DNA from: an uncultured Acidobacteriota bacterium | GTDB lineage: Bacteria > Acidobacteriota > Thermoanaerobaculia > Gp7-AA8 | Reading direction: 5' to 3' | NCBI GenBank assembly: GCA_963758195.1 | Contig: CAVWUH010000002.1 | Coordinates: 3,981,560 to 4,045,559, forward strand | DNA: 64,000 nucleotides | Shown here: positions 8,386-19,486 of the stretch, one piece after another | How positions within the stretch are numbered: position 1 is the first letter of the stretch | How the letters are laid out: each line of letters starts with the position of its first letter | The notes under the pieces: generated by a model | Seen by the model: the letters and a program-made list of their open reading frames with translations, nothing else | Told to the model about the DNA's origin: nothing | Database searches by the model: none | Position numbers and translations under genes: made by a program

Positions 8386-9453
8386 CTACTTGAAATTCAC
8401 CGGGATCGTGAGGATGGACGAGGAGTTGCCGCTCGTGGCGCGGACGCGGATCGCGCCGGTCGTGTTCTTCACGTCGCCGAAGGCGATCACGCGCATCGTT
8501 CCACGCGTGTCGAGCAGGTCGATGTGGGCGGGGGAGGAGACGACTTCGATGGTTACCGTCTCGCCGAACTCGCCCGCCGCGACGACGCGCAGGGTCTCGG
8601 GGAAGCTGGAGGTGGCGATGAGGATCGGGGCGTCGAGCACACCGTCGCCGTCGGCGTCAGCGATGTCGATCGTGCCGTTCTCGTCGAGATCGACGCCGGC
8701 GAAGTTGATGAGGATGTCGTCGCGCGTGCGCATGGCCGGAACGAAGGTCGGGTCGTCGGTCGTGTTCACGATGCTGCCGTAGAAGATCGCCTTGCCCTCG
8801 AGCAGCGTGGCGTGCACGGTGTCGTTGGCTTTCTTCTCGGCGCCGACGAACTCGATCGCGCCGTTGTACTGCGCGTGCTCACCGGCGGCGAGCGTCACTT
8901 CCTTTGTCGCGGCGATCGTGCCGTCGGCGCGAAGGACTTCCCACTTCACCTTCGCCGCTTCGACGGCATAGACGCCAGCGTTGAAGCGATTCTCGGCGAC
9001 GGAGGGTCCGGGGATGGCGGCGACGTCGCCGGCGATGTTCGCGCTGGTGACGTTGAAGGACGGGATGTCCTGACCGAACTCGCCCTTCGCCGAGGTGTTG
9101 AAGGTGCGCGAGGTGACGGCGATGGTCTTGGCGTCGCGGTCGGCGACGTTGATGACCAGCGCGCCCGTACCGGCGGCGACGCCGAACTTCGTCTTGACGA
9201 TGTCGGCGATCGAGATTGTCTGGCGCGCCTGGAGCGTCACTTCGGCGGGTCCGAGAACGGTCTTGCCCTGGTGGAATTCGATGGAGAGCGTGACGGCGCG
9301 CGGCGCGGCCGTGTGCAGTGTCAGCTCGCTCTGCCACTGACTGTTGTTGGCGCCCGGACCCGTGCCAGCCGCGGGAACGATGAGAGTGGCCGCCTGCGCG
9401 GCGAACGGCAGCAGCGCTACGGCCGCCGCGGTGATGAGATTACGAAACTTCAT
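8386..9453 (-). CDS. secreted hypothetical protein (signal peptide, beta-rich, DxDxDG-type Ca-binding-like motif)
   Basis: ORF 8386..9528, start taken at ATG 9453 preceded by AAGGAGG. MKFRNLITAAAVALLPFAAQAA looks like a signal peptide. DLDENGTIDIADADGDGVLD motif. No family recognised. Confidence 0.6.
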   Translation of the reverse strand: MKFRNLITAAAVALLPFAAQAATLIVPAAGTGPGANNSQWQSELTLHTAAPRAVTLSIEFHQGKTVLGPAEVTLQARQTISIADIVKTKFGVAAGTGALVINVADRDAKTIAVTSRTFNTSAKGEFGQDIPSFNVTSANIAGDVAAIPGPSVAENRFNAGVYAVEAAKVKWEVLRADGTIAATKEVTLAAGEHAQYNGAIEFVGAEKKANDTVHATLLEGKAIFYGSIVNTTDDPTFVPAMRTRDDILINFAGVDLDENGTIDIADADGDGVLDAPILIATSSFPETLRVVAAGEFGETVTIEVVSSPAHIDLLDTRGTMRVIAFGDVKNTTGAIRVRATSGNSSSILTIPVNFK

Positions 9454-9555
9454 TTGATGCCTCCTTAGGGATTCACGACGTTGTTGCCCGGTGATACGGA
9501 GGCATGAAAAGAAATGTCTATAACGCATATTGTTAATTCATCGTGAAAAAGAAAA

Positions 9556-9637
9556 CGGTTATCGGTTGTCGGTTATCAGTTGTCCGGGAAGCGTCGCGAG
9601 ACGTCACGGACAACGGACAACTGACACCCGATAACCG
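9556..9637. repeat. heptamer-arm hairpin, family A (GGTTGTC / ACAACCG units)
   Basis: CGGTTATCGGTTGTCGGTTATCAGTTGTCCG ... CGGACAACGGACAACTGACACCCGATAACCG. Confidence 0.8.
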
Positions 9638-9670
9638 GCACTGATACGCATCACCTATCCAAACCGTCCA

Positions 9671-10816
9671 ATGTCATATATTCGCCCCGCCATGCCGATC
9701 CCTCTTCTCGATCTCAAACTCCAGTACGCCGCCATTCGTGACGAGGCTCTTCGCGTCACCGCGGAGATCTACGAATCGCAGTACTTCATCCTGGGAAAGC
9801 GCGTCGACGATTTCGAGCGCGACTTCGCGGCTTATTGCAAGACCCCACATGCCATCGGCGTCTCGTCGGGAACAGACGCGTTGCTCGAGGCGCTGATGGT
9901 CCTGGGCATCGGCGTGGGCGATGAAGTGATCGTGCCCGCGTACTCCTTCTTCGCCACGGCCGGAGTCGTGTCGCGGCTCGGGGCGACGCCGGTGTTCGTC
10001 GACATCGACCTCGCCGACTACAACATCGATCCGAAGGCCATCGACGCGAAGATCACGCCGCGCACGAAAGCGATCATGCCGGTGCACCTCTACGGACAGT
10101 CGGCGCCGATGGACGAGATCATGGCCATCGCCGAAGCGCGCGGTCTCGCCGTGGTCGAAGATGCGGCGCAGGCGGTCGGCTGCGACTACAAAGGCCGGCG
10201 GATTGGTTCGATCGGCACGATCGGCTGCTTCTCCTTCTTCCCGTCGAAGAACCTCGGCGCCTTCGGCGACGCCGGCGCGATCACGACGAACGACGCCGAG
10301 CTGGCGCAGAAGCTCGTCGACTTTCGCGTGCACGGCATGAGGCCGAAGTATTTTCACCACTACGTCGGCGGGAACTTTCGCATCGACGCGCTGCAGGCGG
10401 CGATGCTGCACATCAAGCTGCCACTCCTCGAATCGTGGCACGAAGGAAGACGCCGCAACGCGGACATCTATCGTCGCGCTTTCAACGACGCCGGGCTGGG
10501 CGAGCGTGCCGTTCTCCCCGAGGAGATGCCGGGACGGCGGCACATCTATAACCAGTACATCGTCCGCTTCCCCGAGGGACGTGCGACGCGCGATCGCGTC
10601 ATCGAGCACCTCAGAAGTGTCTCCATCGGCTGCGAGATCTATTACCCGCTCACGTTGCCGCAGCAGGAGTGCTTCCGCGACGTTCCGGGAGCCTCCGATC
10701 GCTACCCCAACTCCGAGCTCGCCGCGGAGCAAACGCTGGCCATCCCGGTCTTCCCGGAACTGAAAGAGGAACAGATCCACGAGGTCGTGAGCGAGATCGC
10801 CAAGGCGCTGGGATGA
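9671..10816 (+). CDS. DegT/DnrJ/EryC1/StrS family PLP-dependent sugar aminotransferase
   Basis: ORF 381 aa: FILGKRVDDFERDFAAY..., GVSSGTDAL, FSFFPSKNLGAFGDAG, NFRIDALQAA. The start may instead be ATG 9692. Confidence 0.85.
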   Translation: MSYIRPAMPIPLLDLKLQYAAIRDEALRVTAEIYESQYFILGKRVDDFERDFAAYCKTPHAIGVSSGTDALLEALMVLGIGVGDEVIVPAYSFFATAGVVSRLGATPVFVDIDLADYNIDPKAIDAKITPRTKAIMPVHLYGQSAPMDEIMAIAEARGLAVVEDAAQAVGCDYKGRRIGSIGTIGCFSFFPSKNLGAFGDAGAITTNDAELAQKLVDFRVHGMRPKYFHHYVGGNFRIDALQAAMLHIKLPLLESWHEGRRRNADIYRRAFNDAGLGERAVLPEEMPGRRHIYNQYIVRFPEGRATRDRVIEHLRSVSIGCEIYYPLTLPQQECFRDVPGASDRYPNSELAAEQTLAIPVFPELKEEQIHEVVSEIAKALG

Positions 10817-10818
10817 AT

Positions 10819-10954
10819 GTTGCTGGTTGCTCGTTGCTGGTTGTCTGTGGTGTTTCGCGAGTAGGCACGGACAACGAGCTACCTATTACCGAGGTCTGAG
10901 GCTACTCGCGAGATCCCACAGACAACCAGCAACCAGTAACCAGTAACCAGCAAC
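10819..10954. repeat. heptamer-arm hairpin, family B (TGGTTGC / GCAACCA units) with a nested inner hairpin
   Basis: GTTGCTGGTTGCTCGTTGCTGGTTGTCTGTGG ... CCACAGACAACCAGCAACCAGTAACCAGTAACCAGCAAC. Inner inverted repeat TCGCGAGTAG/CTACTCGCGA. Confidence 0.8.
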
Positions 10955-10966
10955 GCCTCTCCATTC

Positions 10967-11656
10967 ATGATTCCTCTTCGCCACACGCTCGATCGCCATT
11001 CCGCACCGATTGTGAATCGCGCGCTGGTGGCGACGAACGTCGCCGTGTTCATCGCTCAGCTCTTTCTGGGATCGATGACGGAGCGGATCATCCAGACCTT
11101 CGGATTCATCCCGGCGCGGCTGATGAATCCCGCGGCGTTTCACTTTCAGGCGTGGGAAGTGGCGATCACGCTCATCACGTCGCTTTTCCTGCACGGCGGT
11201 TTCGTCCATCTCATCGGCAATCTCATTTACTTATGGGTCTTCGGCGGGGCGGTCGAGGATGGGATGGGGCACGTGCGCTACCTCATCTTCTACATCGCCT
11301 GCGGAGCGATGGGGAGCCTGACGCACACGATCCTCTTCCCAACGTCGCTCACGCCTTCGATCGGCGCGTCGGGAAGCATCGCCGGAGTGCTCGGCGCGTT
11401 TCTCGTTCTGCGCCCGCACGCGAAGATCGTCACGCTCTTTCCGCTCGTCGTCTATTGGGCGATGGCGGAGATTCCGGCCGTGCTGTTCCTGCCGGTCTGG
11501 CTGGGGATGCAGTTCTTCAACGGTTTCCTCTCGCTGCGCGCTGCCTCGGGCACCTACGAAGTCGCCGGCGTGGCCTGGTGGGCGCACGTCGGCGGCTTTC
11601 TGTTCGGCGCGATCATCGCCGTGACGGTGCGTTTATCCCGCGGCCGGCAGTCGTGA
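10967..11656 (+). CDS. rhomboid family intramembrane serine protease
   Basis: ORF 229 aa, multi-TM: HGGFVHLIGNLIYLWVFG, GASGSIAGVLGAF (GxSG), AHVGGFLFG. Confidence 0.85.
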   Translation: MIPLRHTLDRHSAPIVNRALVATNVAVFIAQLFLGSMTERIIQTFGFIPARLMNPAAFHFQAWEVAITLITSLFLHGGFVHLIGNLIYLWVFGGAVEDGMGHVRYLIFYIACGAMGSLTHTILFPTSLTPSIGASGSIAGVLGAFLVLRPHAKIVTLFPLVVYWAMAEIPAVLFLPVWLGMQFFNGFLSLRAASGTYEVAGVAWWAHVGGFLFGAIIAVTVRLSRGRQS

Positions 11657-13228
11657 GCTCTTCGTGCCCTCGGCGGCGTCTTCTTCGCGGATGCGGTTGT
11701 GAATGAGGCAGCCGAAGATGATCAGCGGAAACGCGATGAACAAGGTCAGTAGACCGTAGAGCGCCAGGCGCGTGATGCCGACGATCCGCTCGACGCGCGT
11801 CGAGGGACTGCCGGTCGTCGTGATCAGCTCCGTCGAGGGATTGAGATTCGCGGAGAGGGCCAGATAGATCTTGCGGATCTCGAGGAGGAGCTGACGCACT
11901 TCCTGGCGCGTCGCACCGATCTCCTGATTCACGACCTGCCGGCTCATGCCTCCACCAGCGCCGCCGGGATTGCGCACGAGCGCAAGAACGGAGCGATCGT
12001 ACTCCACGGCCTGCTGGACCGGAGCGATGGCCACCGCGGTCTCGCGATAGCGGTCGGCGAGCCTCTGCCGGTACTCGAAATCGACGTTGCTCGAGGTGAG
12101 CTGCATCAGGCGGTCGAGAAACGTATCGCCGACGACCGGCGTCAGCGTCTCCGTCCCGGGCTTCGCGGGTGCCTGACGTTGGACGGCGGCGGTGCTGTCC
12201 GGCATGTCGGTCTGCTCGCGTTGGCCCGTGTACATGGCCATCGCTTTTCGCGCGGCTTCGGTTGCCTGAATCTGCGCGTCGAGCTGACGCTCGTCGTACG
12301 AGACCTGCGTTTCGAGGAAGTGAATGGTGGTGGCGCGGTCGTCGAGCTGACTCGCCGCGATTCCGTGAACCAGTGGCTCGAGACGAAAGCGGACGAGGTC
12401 ATCGAGGCGGATGCGGATGTCATTGAGCGACAGACCATCCTGCTTCGAACGCACCAGTTCCGCCGCGGGCAAGGCGCGCAGGACATCGATGTTGGCCATC
12501 ACGCGCAGGATCTTGGCGCGCAGCATCTCGGTGGCGATGATCGGGTTGCTCTCTTCGATCCCCGTCGCCGTGACCATGTCCGGCGAAAGAACGGGAACGC
12601 GGTATTCGAGAACGTGCTGTTCGTGTGAGACGAATTCGGCCCATTCGCGCAGGATGTCGTGCATGGTCTTGCGAACGACGACATCCGGAATCGGATCATT
12701 GTTGCCGGTGTGCAGATAGTTGAGTCCGTACTCGGACTTGCTAAGCGTGGCCAGCTTCAGCTCGTACTCGTGCTGAATTCGTTCGCGATCGGCGGGCGTG
12801 AGCCGCGGATCGGAGAGTCGCGATTGAAAGTAGCGGGAGAGCGCTTCCTGCGCGGTATTCGACTCCAGCACGAAGACCGAGCGCGCAAATTTGCTGAAGG
12901 GCGTGAAGCGGGAGAGGTTGTTCTGGTTGTACGCCTTCAGAAGTACCGGCATGGAAATGATCTCCGCGCTCGAGAACTTCGTTCCGTTGGGATACTCGCC
13001 GCGTTCCGCGCCTTCGAACTCCAGCCGGAAGGTCATGGTCGTCACGCGCTGCGAAGGCGCATAGATGTACACGGCCAGTGCAACGATGACATAGCCGATG
13101 GCCACTGCTGCCAGCGCGAGACCGATGATCGGACCGTAAGCGCCGAGAACCTTGAAAAAATGGCTGACGGAGACCGGCGGCTCGAGATGCTCGGCGGGTG
13201 GACTCTCGTGGTGCAGCGGATCAGGCAT
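11633..13228 (-). CDS. polysaccharide chain-length-determinant-like (Wzz/PCP-type topology) membrane protein
   Basis: ORF 531 aa. One N-terminal TM (GPIIGLALAAVAIGYVIVALAVYIY), one C-terminal TM (LALYGLLTLFIAFPLIIFGCLI), and a long helical middle region. No kinase domain. EPS context. The call rests on topology only. Confidence 0.5.
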   Translation of the reverse strand: MPDPLHHESPPAEHLEPPVSVSHFFKVLGAYGPIIGLALAAVAIGYVIVALAVYIYAPSQRVTTMTFRLEFEGAERGEYPNGTKFSSAEIISMPVLLKAYNQNNLSRFTPFSKFARSVFVLESNTAQEALSRYFQSRLSDPRLTPADRERIQHEYELKLATLSKSEYGLNYLHTGNNDPIPDVVVRKTMHDILREWAEFVSHEQHVLEYRVPVLSPDMVTATGIEESNPIIATEMLRAKILRVMANIDVLRALPAAELVRSKQDGLSLNDIRIRLDDLVRFRLEPLVHGIAASQLDDRATTIHFLETQVSYDERQLDAQIQATEAARKAMAMYTGQREQTDMPDSTAAVQRQAPAKPGTETLTPVVGDTFLDRLMQLTSSNVDFEYRQRLADRYRETAVAIAPVQQAVEYDRSVLALVRNPGGAGGGMSRQVVNQEIGATRQEVRQLLLEIRKIYLALSANLNPSTELITTTGSPSTRVERIVGITRLALYGLLTLFIAFPLIIFGCLIHNRIREEDAAEGTKSSRLPAAG

Positions 13229-13346
13229 TACGGTGGCTTACCTCATCAAAATTGATCGTCACAGCATCCCAGCGCGACGAACGCGCGTCAAGGAGGCCGA
13301 ATCGCGGAGAGCCGGCCGGTGATGTCATTGCCCTCTTATGATCTAA

Positions 13347-13367
13347 TGTGTTCAACAGTTGAACACA
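13347..13367. promoter_or_regulatory. perfect 10-1-10 palindrome abutting the MarR start codon (candidate operator)
   Basis: TGTGTTCAAC-A-GTTGAACACA ends 1 nt before ATG 13369. It lies in the divergent spacer between the Wzz-like and MarR-like genes. Confidence 0.45.
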
Positions 13368-13368
13368 C

Positions 13369-13713
13369 ATGAGCCACGTCCTCACCGATGAAGTGCGCTA
13401 TCGACTCCTGACGCATCTGGCCGAACATCCCTCCGCCAGCCAGCGCGAGCTCGCCTCCGATCTCGGGATCAGTCTCGGCAAGGTGAACTACTGCCTGCAC
13501 GCGCTGATGGAAAAAGGGCTTGTAAAAGCGCGCAACTTCAAGAACAGCAGGAACAAGTCTGCTTACGCGTACATCCTCACGCGCAAGGGACTGGAAGAGA
13601 AGCTCGACGTGACGTACGCGTTCCTGCGCCGCAAGATCGCCGAATACGACAACGTCGCGGCGGAGATCGAGCGCCTCACCGCCGAGGTGAGGACGATGAC
13701 CGAGAAACAGTAG
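13369..13713 (+). CDS. MarR-family, EPS-locus-associated winged-helix transcriptional regulator
   Basis: ORF 114 aa: SQRELASDLGISLGKVNYCLHALMEKGLVKARNFKNSRNKSAYAYILTRKGLEEK. Pattern recalled from MarR-type regulators next to EPS/exosortase loci. Confidence 0.75.
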   Translation: MSHVLTDEVRYRLLTHLAEHPSASQRELASDLGISLGKVNYCLHALMEKGLVKARNFKNSRNKSAYAYILTRKGLEEKLDVTYAFLRRKIAEYDNVAAEIERLTAEVRTMTEKQ

Positions 13714-13719
13714 TTGTTT

Positions 13720-13753
13720 GCAGATCGCAGTTTGCAGATCGCGGATCGCAGTG
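13720..13753. repeat. tandem heptamer tract (GCAGATC-like x5), no inverted partner found
   Basis: GCAGATC GCAGTTT GCAGATC GCGGATC GCAGTGG, immediately after the MarR stop. Confidence 0.6.
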
Positions 13754-13890
13754 GTGCGTTGCGGCTGCGGGACTTGCAGGCTGGAAGGAAGGTTCGGAAT
13801 CGCCCCGGACCGAAGACACGATGACGGCGACCAGCTCGAGACGCTTTTCGATCGGTTCGTCAACCGACGGGGGCGAAGCCCGCGCGCGCG

Positions 13891-13977
13891 CGGTTGTCGG
13901 TGATCGGTTGTCGGTTGTCCGCGATTCATCGTATCGCCGGAGATCGCAGACAACCGACAACGGACAACCGACAACGG
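13891..13977. repeat. heptamer-arm hairpin, family A
   Basis: CGGTTGTCGGTGATCGGTTGTCGGTTGTCCGCGAT ... ATCGCAGACAACCGACAACGGACAACCGACAACGG. Confidence 0.8.
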
Positions 13978-14002
13978 TTCTCGAAGAGAAGAAACAGAAA
14001 TC

Positions 14003-15013
14003 ATGAAAGTGCTCGTCACCGGCGCCGCCGGATTCATCGGCTCCCACACCGCGCAACGTCTTCTCGAGCGGGGAGACGAAGTCCTCGGCGTCGACAACCT
14101 CAACAACTACTACGACGTCACGCTCAAGGAAGCGCGGGTCGCGCGGCTGCGGGCGCATCCGGCGTTCCGTCTCGAGCGCCTCGACATCGCCGATCGCGAC
14201 GGCATGGCCGCGCTCTTCGCGCGCGAGCAACCGGCGCGCGTCGTCCATCTCGCCGCCCAGGCCGGCGTGCGTTACTCCATCGACAATCCTCACGCCTACA
14301 CCGACAGCAACGTCACCGGCTTTCTCAACATCCTCGAGGGATCACGCCACAACGGCGTCGAGCATCTCGTCTTCGCTTCCACCAGCTCGGTCTACGGCGC
14401 GAATACGATGCAGCCCTTCTCCGAGCACCAAAACGTCGACCATCCGGTCTCGCTCTACGCGGCGACGAAGAAGGCCAACGAGCTGATGGCTCATACCTAT
14501 GCGCATCTCTTCGGCGTCCGCACGACCGGCCTGCGCTTCTTCACCGTCTATGGACCGTGGGGCCGCCCGGACATGGCGCTCTTCAAGTTCACGCGCGGCA
14601 TCCTCGCCGGCGAAGCGATTCCGGTGTTCAACAACGGTCAGATGATTCGCGACTTCACCTACGTCGACGACATCGTCGAAGGCGTCGTGCGCACGCTCGA
14701 TCATCCGGCGCAGCCTGATCCCGAGTGGAACGGCGATGATCCCGATCCCGCAACGAGCGATGCGCCGTACCGCGTGTACAACATCGGTAACAACCAACCG
14801 GTCCTGCTGCTCGACTGCATCGCCATGCTGGAAGAAGAGCTCGGACGCAAAGCAAAGATGGAGTTTCTTCCGATTCAGCCCGGCGACGTCGTCTCCACGA
14901 TGGCCGACGTCTCGGAGCTCGAGCGTGCGGTTGGTTTCCGGCCCAGCACGCCGCTGCGCACGGGCATTGCTCGATTCGTGAGCTGGTATCGCGAGTACTA
15001 CGGAGTCCAATGA
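14003..15013 (+). CDS. NAD-dependent nucleotide-sugar 4-epimerase (UDP-glucuronate / UDP-HexNAcA 4-epimerase family)
   Basis: ORF 336 aa: [56 protein letters not shown]. Confidence 0.85.
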   Translation: MKVLVTGAAGFIGSHTAQRLLERGDEVLGVDNLNNYYDVTLKEARVARLRAHPAFRLERLDIADRDGMAALFAREQPARVVHLAAQAGVRYSIDNPHAYTDSNVTGFLNILEGSRHNGVEHLVFASTSSVYGANTMQPFSEHQNVDHPVSLYAATKKANELMAHTYAHLFGVRTTGLRFFTVYGPWGRPDMALFKFTRGILAGEAIPVFNNGQMIRDFTYVDDIVEGVVRTLDHPAQPDPEWNGDDPDPATSDAPYRVYNIGNNQPVLLLDCIAMLEEELGRKAKMEFLPIQPGDVVSTMADVSELERAVGFRPSTPLRTGIARFVSWYREYYGVQ

Positions 15014-16365
15014 TGGATGCAGCGATCAAAGCCGGAGAGCCGGCCAACAGCGAGCTCCTCGACTCGTTTCTGAAGCGCGTCGAAACGCGCGAAGCCGTCG
15101 TCGGCGTGGTGGGACTCGGCTATGTCGGCCTCCCGCTCGTCCTTCTTTACGAGGAAGCCGGATTCTCTGTCGTCGGCTTCGACGTCGACGCCGAGAAAGC
15201 GGAGCGCCTCACCGCCGGCGACTCGTACATCCGCCATATCGGCCCGGAGCGCGTGCGCAAGGCATTCGTCGGCGGGAAAGCGCGCGCGGTCTCCGACTTC
15301 AGCGGGATGGCAGAGTGCGACGCGATCATCATCTGCGTCCCGACCCCGCTCGGCGCGCATCGCGAGCCCGACCTCAAGTACATCCGCATCACCGCCGAGA
15401 CGATCGCCAAACATCTTCACCGCGGTCAGCTCGTCGTTCTCGAATCGACGACCTATCCCGGAACCACTCGTGAAGAACTGCTGACTCGCTTCGAAGCGGC
15501 CGGTCTTCGCTGCGGGACCGATTTCTTTCTCGCGTTCTCTCCCGAGCGCGAAGACCCGGGCAACGAGAAGTTCAACACGCGCAACATCCCTAAGGTCGTG
15601 GGCGGCGTCGATCCTCCCTCGCTGCGCGCGGCCGCCGCGCTTTACGGCGCGGCGATCGATCAGGTCTATCCCGTCTCCTCCGCGGAAGTCGCCGAGTCCT
15701 CGAAGCTGCTCGAGAACATCTTCCGCGCCGTGAACATCGCCCTCGTCAACGAGATGAAGATCATCTTCGACCGCATGGACATCAACGTCTGGGAAGTGAT
15801 CGAGGCAGCGAAGACGAAGCCCTTCGGCTTCATGCCCTTCTATCCCGGCCCCGGCCTCGGCGGTCATTGCATTCCGCTCGATCCGTTCTATCTGACCTGG
15901 AAGGCCGCCGAGTACGGCGTCTGGGCGAAGTTCATCGAGCTTGCCGGCGAAGTGAACACCTCGATGCCACGCTACGTCGTCGCGAAAGTCGCCGACGCCG
16001 TCAACGCCGACGGCAAGAGCATCGTCGGAGCGAAGGTCCTCGTGCTCGGGCTCTCGTACAAGGCGGACATCGACGACGATCGCGAGTCCCCTTCCTTCGA
16101 GCTCATCGAGTTGCTGCAGGAGCGCGGCGCGATCGTGTCGTATTGCGATCCCTTCGTCCCCGTCGCGCGCAAGGGCCGCAAGCACGACCTCGGACTAGCA
16201 TCCGTAGCATGTACCGCCGAGGAGTTCGGAAAGTACGACGCGGTCCTCGTGTCGACCGCGCATTCGGTGTTCAAGGATCAGTCGCTGTACGCAAACGCGC
16301 GGCTCGTGATCGACACACGGAATGTCGTGCATGATCTCCACGGACCGCGCATCGTACGAGCGTAG
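15010..16365 (+). CDS. nucleotide-sugar 6-dehydrogenase (UDP-GlcNAc/ManNAc dehydrogenase family, TviB/WbpO/WecC-like)
   Basis: ORF 451 aa: [56 protein letters not shown] overlap with the upstream epimerase. Confidence 0.85.
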   Translation: MMDAAIKAGEPANSELLDSFLKRVETREAVVGVVGLGYVGLPLVLLYEEAGFSVVGFDVDAEKAERLTAGDSYIRHIGPERVRKAFVGGKARAVSDFSGMAECDAIIICVPTPLGAHREPDLKYIRITAETIAKHLHRGQLVVLESTTYPGTTREELLTRFEAAGLRCGTDFFLAFSPEREDPGNEKFNTRNIPKVVGGVDPPSLRAAAALYGAAIDQVYPVSSAEVAESSKLLENIFRAVNIALVNEMKIIFDRMDINVWEVIEAAKTKPFGFMPFYPGPGLGGHCIPLDPFYLTWKAAEYGVWAKFIELAGEVNTSMPRYVVAKVADAVNADGKSIVGAKVLVLGLSYKADIDDDRESPSFELIELLQERGAIVSYCDPFVPVARKGRKHDLGLASVACTAEEFGKYDAVLVSTAHSVFKDQSLYANARLVIDTRNVVHDLHGPRIVRA

Positions 16366-16393
16366 TTTTTCCATTCTGAGCGAAGCGAAGTGC

Positions 16394-16550
16394 GTCTCTG
16401 TGTAGCGCTGGCCGCCCTCGGCCGGCGGCGCGCGCCGAGAACGAGATCGTCCCATCCTTCGAAATGGTGCAGGCAACGTCGGCGGCAGAGGGATGTGGGC
16501 GTGGCGTTTGCGCGAGAGGACGGCCGAGGCGGCCATCACTACACAGAACC
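16394..16550. repeat. hairpin repeat family F copy (preceded by a CATTCTGAGCGAAGCGAAG half-motif)
   Basis: GTCTCTGTGTAGCGCTGGCCGCCCTCGGCCGG ... CGGCCGAGGCGGCCATCACTACACAGAACC. A family-B heptamer half-arm CAGCAACCAGCAACC follows at 16571-16585. Confidence 0.8.
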
Positions 16551-16592
16551 TGAGATCGACCGAAACCACTCAGCAACCAGCAACCGAAACCT

Positions 16593-17651
16593 ATGCAACG
16601 CAAGAAAGCGCTCATCACCGGAATCACAGGCCAGGACGGCTCGTATCTGGCCGAGCTTCTGCTCGCCAAGGGCTACGAGGTGCACGGCGTCGTGCGCCGC
16701 TCGTCGTCCTTCAACACGCAGAGGATCGACGCGATCTATCAGGATCCGCACGACGAGGATCGTCGCCTCTTTCTGCACTTCGGCGATCTCAACGATGCCT
16801 CGTCTCTGAATCGCATTCTGCGCATCGTCGATCCCTCCGAGATCTACAACCTCGGCGCGCAGAGTCACGTGAAGGTCTCCTTCGACACGCCAGAGTACAC
16901 GGGCGATGTGACGGGGCTCGGTGCCGCGCGGCTGTTGGAAGCGATTCGTGAGCTGCAGATCCGGCCGCGTATCTACCAGGCGTCGTCTTCCGAGATGTTC
17001 GGCAAAGTCGAGGAAGTGCCGCAGAGCGAGCGCACCCCGTTCTATCCACGCAGCCCGTACGGCGTGGCCAAGGTTTACGCGTATTGGCTGACCGTCAACT
17101 ATCGCGAGGCCTACGGTCTTTACGCCGTGAACGGCATCCTCTTCAATCACGAATCGCCGCGTCGCGGTGAGACGTTCGTCTCGCGCAAGATCACGCGCGC
17201 CGTGGGACGCATCGCCGAGGGGCTGCAGGATCGTCTTTATCTCGGCAACCTCGACGCGCGGCGTGACTGGGGCTACGCGAAGGATTACGTCGACGCCATG
17301 TGGCGAATGCTTCAGCAGGACGAGCCCGACGACTACGTGATCGCCACCGGCGAGACGCACACCGTTCGCGACTTCTGCCAGCGTGCATTCAAGCGCGCCG
17401 GCATCGACATCGAGTGGCAGGGGAGTGGCCATGCCGAGATCGGCGTTGAGCGCGGTTCGGGACGCTCGCTCGTGGAGATCGATCCGCGTTACTTGCGCCC
17501 CACCGAGGTGGATCTGTTGCTGGGTGATGCGAGCAAAGCGAAGGCTCGGCTCGGATGGACTTCGTCCACGAGCTTCGACGAGCTCGTCGACATCATGGTC
17601 GATCACGACCTCGAGCTCGCGCGCGACGAAGCACACTTGAAGAACCGCTGA
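16593..17651 (+). CDS. gmd: GDP-mannose 4,6-dehydratase
   Basis: ORF 352 aa: [72 protein letters not shown]. Confidence 0.95.
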   Translation: MQRKKALITGITGQDGSYLAELLLAKGYEVHGVVRRSSSFNTQRIDAIYQDPHDEDRRLFLHFGDLNDASSLNRILRIVDPSEIYNLGAQSHVKVSFDTPEYTGDVTGLGAARLLEAIRELQIRPRIYQASSSEMFGKVEEVPQSERTPFYPRSPYGVAKVYAYWLTVNYREAYGLYAVNGILFNHESPRRGETFVSRKITRAVGRIAEGLQDRLYLGNLDARRDWGYAKDYVDAMWRMLQQDEPDDYVIATGETHTVRDFCQRAFKRAGIDIEWQGSGHAEIGVERGSGRSLVEIDPRYLRPTEVDLLLGDASKAKARLGWTSSTSFDELVDIMVDHDLELARDEAHLKNR

Positions 17652-17654
17652 CTC

Positions 17655-18620
17655 ATGAGCAACGCCTTCTGGAAGGATCGCCGCGTCTTCATCACCGGGG
17701 GAGGCGGTTTCCTCGGCGGATTTCTACGCGCTCGGATCGAACGCGAGAATCCGGCGGAGATCCTCACGCCGCGCGCCACGGAGCTCGACCTTCGTGAGCC
17801 GCGGGCAATTCGCGACTACCTCCAAGCGCACAAGCCCGATCTCGTGATCCATGCCGCGGCCGTCGTCGGCGGCATCGGTGCGAATCGAGTGCATCCCGGC
17901 CGCTTCTTTTACGAGAACGCGGTGATGGGCATTCATCTCATCGAGGAATCGCGCCGCGCGGAAGTCGCGAAGCTCGTCTGCCTCGGCACCATCTGCGCGT
18001 ATCCGAAGTTCACTCCTGTTCCGTTCCGCGAGGATTCCTTGTGGGACGGCTATCCCGAAGAGACGAACGCGCCGTACGGAATCGCCAAGAAAGCGCTGCT
18101 CGTGCAGTTGCAGGCCTATCGCGATGAATACGGCTTCAACGGCATCTTCCTTCTGCCCGTGAATCTCTATGGTCCGCGCGACAACTTCGACCTCGAGACC
18201 AGCCACGTGATTCCGGCGATGATCCGCAAGTTCATCGAAGCGGAAGAATCGGGCGCGCACACCGTGACGCTCTGGGGCGACGGCTCGCCGACGCGCGAGT
18301 TTCTTTACGTCGAGGATGCGGCGGATGGCGTGGTGCGCGCTGCCGAGCTCTATGACGGAGCGGATCCCGTGAACCTCGGCCGCGGGGAGGAGATCTCCGT
18401 TCGCGATCTGGCCACACTCATCGCCGAGAAGACCGGGTTCCGCGGCGAGATCGTGTGGGACACCACGCGACCGAACGGACAGCCGCGGCGCATGCTCGAC
18501 ACGACGCGCGCCGCGCAACTCTTCGGCTTTCGCGCGGGAACGTCCATGGATGTCGGCCTGGCCAGGACGATCGAGTGGTATCGAGCGCATCGCGCCGAAA
18601 CCTTGGAGCCACGGCAGTGA
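17655..18620 (+). CDS. fcl: GDP-L-fucose synthase
   Basis: ORF 321 aa: [57 protein letters not shown]. It immediately follows gmd. Confidence 0.9.
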   Translation: MSNAFWKDRRVFITGGGGFLGGFLRARIERENPAEILTPRATELDLREPRAIRDYLQAHKPDLVIHAAAVVGGIGANRVHPGRFFYENAVMGIHLIEESRRAEVAKLVCLGTICAYPKFTPVPFREDSLWDGYPEETNAPYGIAKKALLVQLQAYRDEYGFNGIFLLPVNLYGPRDNFDLETSHVIPAMIRKFIEAEESGAHTVTLWGDGSPTREFLYVEDAADGVVRAAELYDGADPVNLGRGEEISVRDLATLIAEKTGFRGEIVWDTTRPNGQPRRMLDTTRAAQLFGFRAGTSMDVGLARTIEWYRAHRAETLEPRQ

Positions 18621-19486
18621 ATGAATCCCCGGTGTTGACGATCGGGATGCCGATTTACAACGGAGCGTCCTTGATGCGCCGTGCGATCGACTCCGTTCTG
18701 ATGCAGGACTTCCGCGATCTCGAACTGATCATTTCCGACAACGCCTCGACCGACGAAACGGCGGCCATCGCCGCGGAGTACATTGCGGCGGATTCGCGCG
18801 TGCGCCACGTGAGGCGCGTTGAAAAGTGCGATCCAATGGGCAATTTTCAGAATGCGCTCTCGCTGGCGCGCGGTGAGATGTTCTCGTGGCTAGCCCATGA
18901 TGACTTCTATCACCGGCCGGACCACGTGCGTCGGCTTGTCGAAAAGATCCGCGACGGAAAGACATTCGTCTTCCCCGGCGTGCACATGGTGCATCTGTAT
19001 GAAGACGGCACGACCATGCGTGAGGAGCGCGATGCGCTGGCGCACTTTGGAGGGATCCGAACGCGGCGGCAGCTCGTGAGGGAGGCCATCCGCGTTCCCT
19101 CGGTGCAGATCTACGGCATGTTCCGTACGGAAACCGTTCGCGAGTACTTCCGGCTGCTGCTCGAGGACAGCGACATGACCTGCTACTTCGAAGGGCGATT
19201 CGTGCAGGCGCTGCTGATCAATGAACCGTGGGCTTTCGTGCCCGAGGCGAATCTGAATGTCGGGCAGAGCACGGCGAACTACTCGCGGCGGATCGATCCG
19301 AGCCCGCTGTTGCGCGACTACCTCCGCTACTCGATGAGATTGCTCTCCATGTATCGCCACAGCGCGCGGTTCAGCGCGCTGGAGCGGCTCACCAGCTATG
19401 CCGAAGTCGTCCGCGCCCACACTCCGCACGCGGTGGCGCTGCTGGCTTCGGTCATGAAGCAAAGACTGCGAACGAGTCCATCATGA
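18617..19486 (+). CDS. family 2 glycosyltransferase
   Basis: Frame of ORF 18455..19486, start taken at GTG 18617 (GTGA overlap with the fcl stop). [41 protein letters not shown]; AHDD. Confidence 0.75.
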   Translation: MNESPVLTIGMPIYNGASLMRRAIDSVLMQDFRDLELIISDNASTDETAAIAAEYIAADSRVRHVRRVEKCDPMGNFQNALSLARGEMFSWLAHDDFYHRPDHVRRLVEKIRDGKTFVFPGVHMVHLYEDGTTMREERDALAHFGGIRTRRQLVREAIRVPSVQIYGMFRTETVREYFRLLLEDSDMTCYFEGRFVQALLINEPWAFVPEANLNVGQSTANYSRRIDPSPLLRDYLRYSMRLLSMYRHSARFSALERLTSYAEVVRAHTPHAVALLASVMKQRLRTSPS

